This document shows, one piece after another, positions 58,061-64,000 of a stretch of DNA of 64,000 nucleotides (position 1 is its first letter; each line of letters starts with the position of its first letter). The stretch comes from Nibricoccus sp. (lineage in GTDB: Bacteria; Verrucomicrobiota; Verrucomicrobiia; Opitutales; Opitutaceae). The notes below the pieces were generated by a model. It did not search any database and was not told the DNA's origin. It was given only the letters and a program-made list of their open reading frames with translations. The stretch lies in the NCBI GenBank assembly GCA_047602425.1, contig JASGHG010000001.1, positions 1,504,001 through 1,568,000 of the forward strand, read 5' to 3'. A program made the position numbers and the translations under genes.

Positions 58061-59068
58061 ATGAAATCGGACCCTCTTTCCCAATTAAAGATCGATCCCG
58101 CACAAAAAGTCCGGCCCCGCCGTCCCGTCGTCACGATCTTCGTTATCGTGCTTTTCGCCTTGGGCGCCGCCGCCTACCTCGCCTGGCCCAAAGCCGGAGA
58201 CGAAAAACGCATTCTCAATACGAATCCTTACGCAAAGAAAGACAGTCCTCCAGCGCAGCCCGCGGAAACATCCGCCGCCAGCCCCAAACCAACCTCTTCA
58301 CAGGTCCAAACCACGGCCGCGCCAACCGATTCTCCCTACGCCCTCACTGTCTCCGGCTACATCATCAATCGCGAGCGCATCGAAATCAGTCCGCGTTTTC
58401 AAGGCGTCGTGAAATGGATTGGCGTGAAAAAAGGTGACGCGGTAAAAAAAGATCAGGTCGTCGTGCTGCTCGACGATGCCGAGCAAAAAGCCCGCGTCGC
58501 CGAAATCGAAGGCCGGCTCACCAATGCCCGCGTCGCGCTCGAACGCGCTGAGCTCAACCACCGCCGCATTCGCGAACTCGCCGCCCGTGACGTAACTTCG
58601 AAGGAAGCCGAGGATGAAGCCCGGCTTTCCGTCGATGCCGCCAGAGCAACGATCGCCGAAATCGAAGGCGGACTTTCCCTCGCCAAAGCCTATCTCGATT
58701 GGACCGTCATCCGCTCCCCCATCGATGGTGTGGTCCTCGAAAAACTCGCCGAACCGGGCGAACTTGTAACCCCGCAAAGTTTCGGCGGCGCCCGCGGACC
58801 GAGCACCGCCGTCCTCGCAGTGGCCGACTTGCAGGACTTGCAGGTGGAAATCGACGTCAACGAATCCGATCTCGCCAAAATCTCCCTCGGCCAGCGCGCG
58901 CAAGTCAGCCCCGAGGCGTATCCTGACAAGCACTACGAGGGCGTCGTCGCCGAAATTTCGCCCGAGGCCAACCGGCAAAAAGGAACCCTGCAAATCAAAG
59001 TTCAGATCAAACAACCCGACCGCTTCCTCACGCCCGAACTCACCGCCAAAGTCGAATTCCTGCGCTAA
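58061..59068 (+). CDS. Efflux periplasmic adaptor (MacA-like MFP)
   Basis: N-terminal TM, VKKGDAVKKDQV, IRSPIDGVV, VNESDL. Confidence 0.9.
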   Translation: MKSDPLSQLKIDPAQKVRPRRPVVTIFVIVLFALGAAAYLAWPKAGDEKRILNTNPYAKKDSPPAQPAETSAASPKPTSSQVQTTAAPTDSPYALTVSGYIINRERIEISPRFQGVVKWIGVKKGDAVKKDQVVVLLDDAEQKARVAEIEGRLTNARVALERAELNHRRIRELAARDVTSKEAEDEARLSVDAARATIAEIEGGLSLAKAYLDWTVIRSPIDGVVLEKLAEPGELVTPQSFGGARGPSTAVLAVADLQDLQVEIDVNESDLAKISLGQRAQVSPEAYPDKHYEGVVAEISPEANRQKGTLQIKVQIKQPDRFLTPELTAKVEFLR

Positions 59069-59136
59069 TAAATCTCTCAATGGGAGACGTCAAAAACCCA
59101 AACCGCACCTCCTCGACCTTCCAAGGCTCGGTATGC

Positions 59137-59215
59137 TTGTCATCTAATAGATGACAAACGTTTGGTTTAAAAATGCGCATATAAAACAGTCAGCCTGTCA
59201 TCCATTGGATGACAA
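59137..59215. repeat. Pair of 21-bp palindromes (locus 3)
   Basis: TTGTCATCTAATAGATGACAA at 59137-59157; CTGTCATCCATTGGATGACAA at 59195-59215. Confidence 0.9.
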
Positions 59216-59241
59216 ACCATCATTTTGCTCTAACGCCCAGC

Positions 59242-59393
59242 TAAAGCACATACAACGACACTATAGCCATAAATCGGTGTTATGAATCGAGCTGTCTTCG
59301 TAGCCCTTTCTGTGGCAAAGCCAAACCGGGCGCAGCAAGACTGCGCCCCTACAGCCGGAGTTGTGCGGCTATGACATTTTTAAAAATGCTCTA
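59242..59393. mobile_element. MITE-like element copy 2 (152 bp)
   Basis: Colinear with 8900-9069 apart from substitutions and an 18-bp deletion; ends TAAAGCA...TGCTCTA. Confidence 0.7.
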
Positions 59394-61028
59394 GCGCCGT
59401 GCTTCGAATTCCGCGCGCATCAGACTGGTGAGTTCGCCGAAATCGATCGGTTTGCCCAAGATCGCTGCGAGTCCAAGCGAATGCGCACTGCGTCCGTTCA
59501 GGTCGGGCGAAAATCCGGTCACCACGATGATCGGTATTTCTGGCCGCAGCTCGTGGATGGCACGGCTCAGCTCCAAGCCCGACATTTGCGGCATCGTCTG
59601 GTCCGTGATCACCAGGTCGAAACTATTGGGAGCCGCTTGGAATTTTCTCAACGCCTCGGGACTTTTCAACTCGGCCGTAATCCGGTAGCCCAACCGTTCC
59701 AAACTGCCGCCAATGGCGTTCAAAACGAACTCTTCGTCATCGACAACAAGAACCCGTTCGGTCCCGCGGAGCGGAAGATTGTGATGACTGGCGGGCGTTG
59801 GAGCATCCTGCTGCGCCGCGGGAAGAAGAATTCGAAAAGTCGTGCCGCGCCCAGGTTCGCTTTCCACCCTAATTGTTCCGCCGTGGTCGCTTACAATCCC
59901 GTGCACCACGGCGAGGCCGAGGCCCGTGCCTTCGTTGATGGGCTTCGTAGAGAAGAACGGATCGAAGATACGCGCCAGCACCTCGCGGCTCATGCCGCAA
60001 CCGGTATCGCTGATTTCAATACAAACATACTCGCCGAACGGCATCGGCTGGGTGGCGCCCGGAAGGACTTCGCCCGATTGGAAATTGGCGATTCGTATGA
60101 CGAATTCGCCGCCGCGCGAGCCAATTGCGTGGCCGGCGTTGGCGCCCAAATTCATGAATACTTGGTGCAGCTGAGTTGGATCGGCATCGACCAGATCCGA
60201 GATCGCTTCCACCTCGCAACGGATGTCGATGCCCGACGGAAGCGCAGCCCGCAAAAGTGACAACGCTTCGCGCGCCACCAGCCCCACCGACACGCGTCGA
60301 CGTTCGCCGTGCGTTTGCCGGCTGAAGGCCAGAATCTGCCTCACGAGCGCCGTCGCTCGATCGCCCGCCGCGAGCACCTGGCCCAAATAGCCTTGAGCCG
60401 GATGGTCCGGCGGAAGATCGCCAGCGATAAGCTGGATGTGGCCCAGCATGCCCGCGAGGATGTTGTTGAAATCGTGCGCGATGCCGCCCGCAAGCGTGCC
60501 CACCGCCTCCATCTTGCTCGACCGCACCAGCTGCTCGCGCAAAACCTCGCTCTCGCGCTCGGCCTTGATGCGGCCGGCGATATCCGCCTCTAGGGCGGTG
60601 TTGACCTCGGCCAAAGCGGACGTGCGTTCCGCCACGCGTTGTTGCATCTCGGCATTGGTTCGTTCGAGCGAACGCTGCGAGGCTTCCACGGAAAGGAGCA
60701 GTTGGTTTATTTCGCGGACCAGCAGGGCGATTTCCTCGCTGCCTTCCTGAATCGACAGCCGCGCGCCGAAGTCTCCCCTGCGTTGCAATTCGCGCAACTC
60801 GCTTTCCAACGTCACCAGTTGCGCCTTGGTCCTACCCGCCGTCAACCGGCAAAATATCGCGCAAAGCCCGAGGCCGCCCGCCAGTGTCAGTCCGGTAAAA
60901 AGCAGCGTCGTGCCGAGCGGCGCCTGACCAAACAACGCACGGGAAAGTCCATGAAAAATCCAGCCCATCGCCCCGCTGGCCACAACCAACGCGAGCGCGA
61001 CAATAGGGCGTATTTTATGTAGTTGCAC
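59391..61028 (-). CDS. Hybrid sensor histidine kinase (2 TM, HAMP-like, HisKA, HATPase, REC)
   Basis: AGGIAHDFNNIL, NLGANA, DTGCGM, GTGLGL, ITDQTMP. Confidence 0.92.
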   Translation of the reverse strand: MQLHKIRPIVALALVVASGAMGWIFHGLSRALFGQAPLGTTLLFTGLTLAGGLGLCAIFCRLTAGRTKAQLVTLESELRELQRRGDFGARLSIQEGSEEIALLVREINQLLLSVEASQRSLERTNAEMQQRVAERTSALAEVNTALEADIAGRIKAERESEVLREQLVRSSKMEAVGTLAGGIAHDFNNILAGMLGHIQLIAGDLPPDHPAQGYLGQVLAAGDRATALVRQILAFSRQTHGERRRVSVGLVAREALSLLRAALPSGIDIRCEVEAISDLVDADPTQLHQVFMNLGANAGHAIGSRGGEFVIRIANFQSGEVLPGATQPMPFGEYVCIEISDTGCGMSREVLARIFDPFFSTKPINEGTGLGLAVVHGIVSDHGGTIRVESEPGRGTTFRILLPAAQQDAPTPASHHNLPLRGTERVLVVDDEEFVLNAIGGSLERLGYRITAELKSPEALRKFQAAPNSFDLVITDQTMPQMSGLELSRAIHELRPEIPIIVVTGFSPDLNGRSAHSLGLAAILGKPIDFGELTSLMRAEFEARR

Positions 61029-61147
61029 GTGATGACGATGCAGGAGCAGACGCCGGTGCTAGACTTCCGGTTTCTCCCACATCGGCACAAACCCTTAAGG
61101 TTAAAGCCCTATTCCATCGCCGCGGTAGCGAGGATTGTCGTTAAACC

Positions 61148-62533
61148 TCAGGGACTGCTCGCCGCAATTTTCGCACCGCCAGGATAAGCAGGCATCCCTT
61201 CGCGGAAACCCGCCAGTGCCATGCCGCGATTTACTTCCCCAGCCTTCATGAAATAGTGCCAGACGAAATTGCTCCGAGTGTTTTCCGCCATGATCAACGT
61301 AATGCCCACGTCGATCGCGATCACGTCGGAGGAAACCCAACCCGTCGAGGGGTTGAAAGCGTCCACAAAGCCGTAGCGCTGCCAGACGGCCGGCCCGCCG
61401 ACTTTACGCATTTCGCGTAGCGCCTTGATGCATTCGCGCGGTGCAAAGGGTAGCGATCCGCCGGGCGCGCATGGGACTAGCGTTCCGTCGATTTTTGCAG
61501 GCGAATCCTGCAGGCCGCCCCAAGCCACGTAGCCCTTTGCGCTGTCCGACGCGGTCACGCCCCACATGTTGCGCGACCAATGAGCAAAGCTACCCGCGTT
61601 GTCCGCACACCATTCGCGCTGCGCCAACGTGGCGTCCACCGAGTTTCTCCAATAATCCGCGTGCTCGTCGCGGCGTCCGCGAAAATCGAACCAAGCATGC
61701 GAAAACTGATGCGTGAACAAGGGCGCGCAGTGAATGAAAGTGTGCGTGCCGTAAGTGACCACCGGTCCGCGGCGCCAAGCACTCCAACTCGCCGCCGGCA
61801 AGGGATTCGACGGCGCGCCGATGCCCAGCAGATACATCCCAAGCATTTCGCTGTAGGAGTCCCAGCGGTACTTGATAAAGCCCGTCTCCGGCCTCCAACC
61901 GTGCGTGAGCGTGGGCCCGCCGTTCATCGCCCAAGTCCAGTCAATGCGTCCATAAAGTTCGTTCACGATACGTGTCACCTCAGGATCGTTGAGATACTCG
62001 CGCGCCAACAACGCACCTTTCAGAAACAATGCCGTATCGATGGTCGAGGCCTCGCAATTCCACATCCGACGACCCGTCTGGGCATCGACATAGTGATAAA
62101 TCCATCCGCGTTCGTGCTCAACCTGCTCGTTGATAAAGCGCAGCACGCGCAGAGTCCGCGCCAAAGTTTCCTCGCGCGTCATCCAGCCTCGCGAATCGCC
62201 GATGCACCAGGCAGTCAGCGCAAATCCCGTCGCCGCAATGCTTGCCGGCGCATGACTACGCTTGCCATTGGCTGGCGCCCGGTCCCGCGTCAATCCGGTC
62301 TGCGGATCCGAATGCTCAAGAAAATACAACAACGCGCGCGACTGAATTTCCTCCAGAAAAGTTTCGTCCGCCTCGTTCGCCAGCTGCGAAAAACGCCCTG
62401 CTGAAGACGGGTCGCGCGACTGCGCGCTCATCCACACCACGCACGCCGTCAATACTCCTGCAAACCATCTTACCGCCCGGTGGCCACAACCCGGGAAAGG
62501 CGGGCGAAGTGTAATGTGATGCTCCATGCTCAT
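61148..62533 (-). CDS. Glycoamylase-domain protein (GH144 beta-1,2-glucanase-like)
   Basis: GLTRDR, SIAATGF, STIDT, HGWRPE, PLFTHQFSH, WGVTASD, YGFVDAFN; start uncertain. Confidence 0.82.
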   Translation of the reverse strand: MSMEHHITLRPPFPGCGHRAVRWFAGVLTACVVWMSAQSRDPSSAGRFSQLANEADETFLEEIQSRALLYFLEHSDPQTGLTRDRAPANGKRSHAPASIAATGFALTAWCIGDSRGWMTREETLARTLRVLRFINEQVEHERGWIYHYVDAQTGRRMWNCEASTIDTALFLKGALLAREYLNDPEVTRIVNELYGRIDWTWAMNGGPTLTHGWRPETGFIKYRWDSYSEMLGMYLLGIGAPSNPLPAASWSAWRRGPVVTYGTHTFIHCAPLFTHQFSHAWFDFRGRRDEHADYWRNSVDATLAQREWCADNAGSFAHWSRNMWGVTASDSAKGYVAWGGLQDSPAKIDGTLVPCAPGGSLPFAPRECIKALREMRKVGGPAVWQRYGFVDAFNPSTGWVSSDVIAIDVGITLIMAENTRSNFVWHYFMKAGEVNRGMALAGFREGMPAYPGGAKIAASSP

Positions 62534-62945
62534 ATCTCTTACTACATATCGACACACCCCTTTGTTACTGAGAATCTCTGAACGTAAAATAAGGGTTTAT
62601 CCCGGTAGCGAAGCCGGCGTATTACGTCCCTGAATACAATAGCATCGCTCGTGCCGTCCCGCATCGCGGTCCCGCTCTTTCCGAGACGAAACACAGTCCG
62701 CCGCGGACCAACACGATAGGTAAATATTACGCGGATTATCAAAAATTTTCGGTCCAAATTCAGTGCAGTCATTGGCCGGATTTCCGTCTGCTGGCACCAA
62801 AAAAAAGTCCCACTTAGACAAAAACCGAACCAAAATAAACCGATAACTATTAAGTCGCTTAATGACCGCCGCCTTAACTTCGGGACTTAGTTACCCCCCA
62901 AGTCGAGCCGGCCGCCCGTAAGTGCGTCAACCCTTCTAAAAACCG

Positions 62946-62974
62946 AACCGCCGTCCGGCTGGCGGGCGGCGGTT
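62946..62974. other. GC-rich hairpin in a long intergenic region
   Basis: AACCGCCGTCCG-GCTGG-CGGGCGGCGGTT. Confidence 0.45.
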
Positions 62975-63301
62975 ACATGTTTTTCGGGTCGTGCCCGAGA
63001 CCATCGATAGATGGTTATCTTCGTCGGTTGTCCGGCGGAGCGGACTGACTTCTGAGATCTAACACACTTGCAGATATAATATCGGTCTGCCCTCGGAAAA
63101 ATTAAAGCGCGCCCATCGTTTTTTGTGCGTTTTTTTTCAAAAAATCCGCAGGAAAAACCCTGCGGAAAACGCAGGCATTTTCCTCATTTACCAGAACCTA
63201 ATCTATTCTCCACCTACAACCCGCGTCCGCCCTAGGCTCTTCCTTTTTCCATTCTGTATTCCTCATTTTCCCTTCTCTGTGAGCGCATCCGCCGCGCACC
63301 C

Positions 63302-64000
63302 TCAGCCCAACACTGTGAGCAAAATCCCGGCAAGCACCCCCAGCACCGCGGGTAGCTTTTTGCGGCCGTTTTTCTCGCCGAAAAACACCAGCCCTCCCGT
63401 AAAGGCCACTAGCGTGCTCGCCCGCCGGATGCTCGACACCAGCGAAATCAATGCCCCTGGATCGCGCAACGCCGTGAAGTAGATATAATCCGACACCAGC
63501 AATGCCAGCGCCAGCAGCACGATGCTCCAACGCCAGTGAAACTCGTTGCGCGGCCACCAACGCAGTTTCCAACCAATCACCACCGGCAGAAACACCACTG
63601 CGAGATAAACCGAGAACCACGCCTGCACCGTCGCCGCCGAAAAACCGATTCTTCCGAGCAGAAAACGGTCATACAGTGCGCTGCAAGCCCCCAGCACCGT
63701 CCCCCCTACCAGCCAAAAAACCCACTTGTTGCGGTGAAAATGTATTCCCTCTTCGCGCCCGGCGAATGATAGCCCGACAAACGAGGCAATCGTCGTCGCC
63801 ACGCCCGCCATCTCCAGCCAGCTCGGCCGTTCCGCCAGAATCAGCAACGCCCCGAATAAAATCCAAATTGGTCCTGTCGCCCGGATCGGTGACGCCAGCG
63901 ACATCGGCAGATGTTTCACCGCGAAATAGGTGCACACCCAGGACGACGCCACGATTACGGATTTCAGCGCCAGCTGCCCATGCTGCGCCAATGTCAACGG
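63302..64000 (-). CDS. DMT/EamA family transporter (5' end outside the window)
   Basis: Multiple TM segments; FAVKHLPMSLASPI, LAERP, VFFGEKN. Confidence 0.85.
   Translation of the reverse strand, partial: PLTLAQHGQLALKSVIVASSWVCTYFAVKHLPMSLASPIRATGPIWILFGALLILAERPSWLEMAGVATTIASFVGLSFAGREEGIHFHRNKWVFWLVGGTVLGACSALYDRFLLGRIGFSAATVQAWFSVYLAVVFLPVVIGWKLRWWPRNEFHWRWSIVLLALALLVSDYIYFTALRDPGALISLVSSIRRASTLVAFTGGLVFFGEKNGRKKLPAVLGVLAGILLTVLG

Noticed and set aside
62600..62700. c-di-GMP-I riboswitch (minus-strand GGAAAGAGCGGGAC)
   Set aside because: The GCAAACC and GCAAAGC elements and the P2 stem are missing

Overview
A gene-dense, GC-rich bacterial chromosomal segment. The gene styles suggest Verrucomicrobiota, probably Opitutaceae (inference only). 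Housekeeping genes: prfA, prmC, lysS, lolCE/lolD, lpxB, separately encoded coaB and coaC, a folP-folB-folK-pabB-pabC operon, prc, a ferredoxin and tRNA-Arg(CCT). Accessory genes: two hybrid histidine kinases, pectin/rhamnose-use genes (rhaM, SSS transporter, LacI, CE8, GH28), an AlgI/AlgJ-like acetylation pair, a MacAB-like ABC exporter and a GH144-like enzyme. The standout locus is a ~13 kb aryl-polyene/xanthomonadin-like lipid cluster (9792-23029). It has a chorismatase and a B12-dependent radical SAM enzyme but no ketoreductase or dehydratase. The intergenic DNA is rich in structure: a 21-bp palindrome (TTGTCAT-N7-ATGACAA) in pairs at three loci, a 14 x 21-bp in-phase tandem array, two copies of a MITE-like element overlapping stop codons, several REP doublets, and inverted arms built of 8-9-nt units. 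Two apparent pseudoenzymes (sulfatase, rhomboid) were noted. No CRISPR array, transposase, integrase or rRNA was seen. All calls come from reading motifs by eye; no database search was run.
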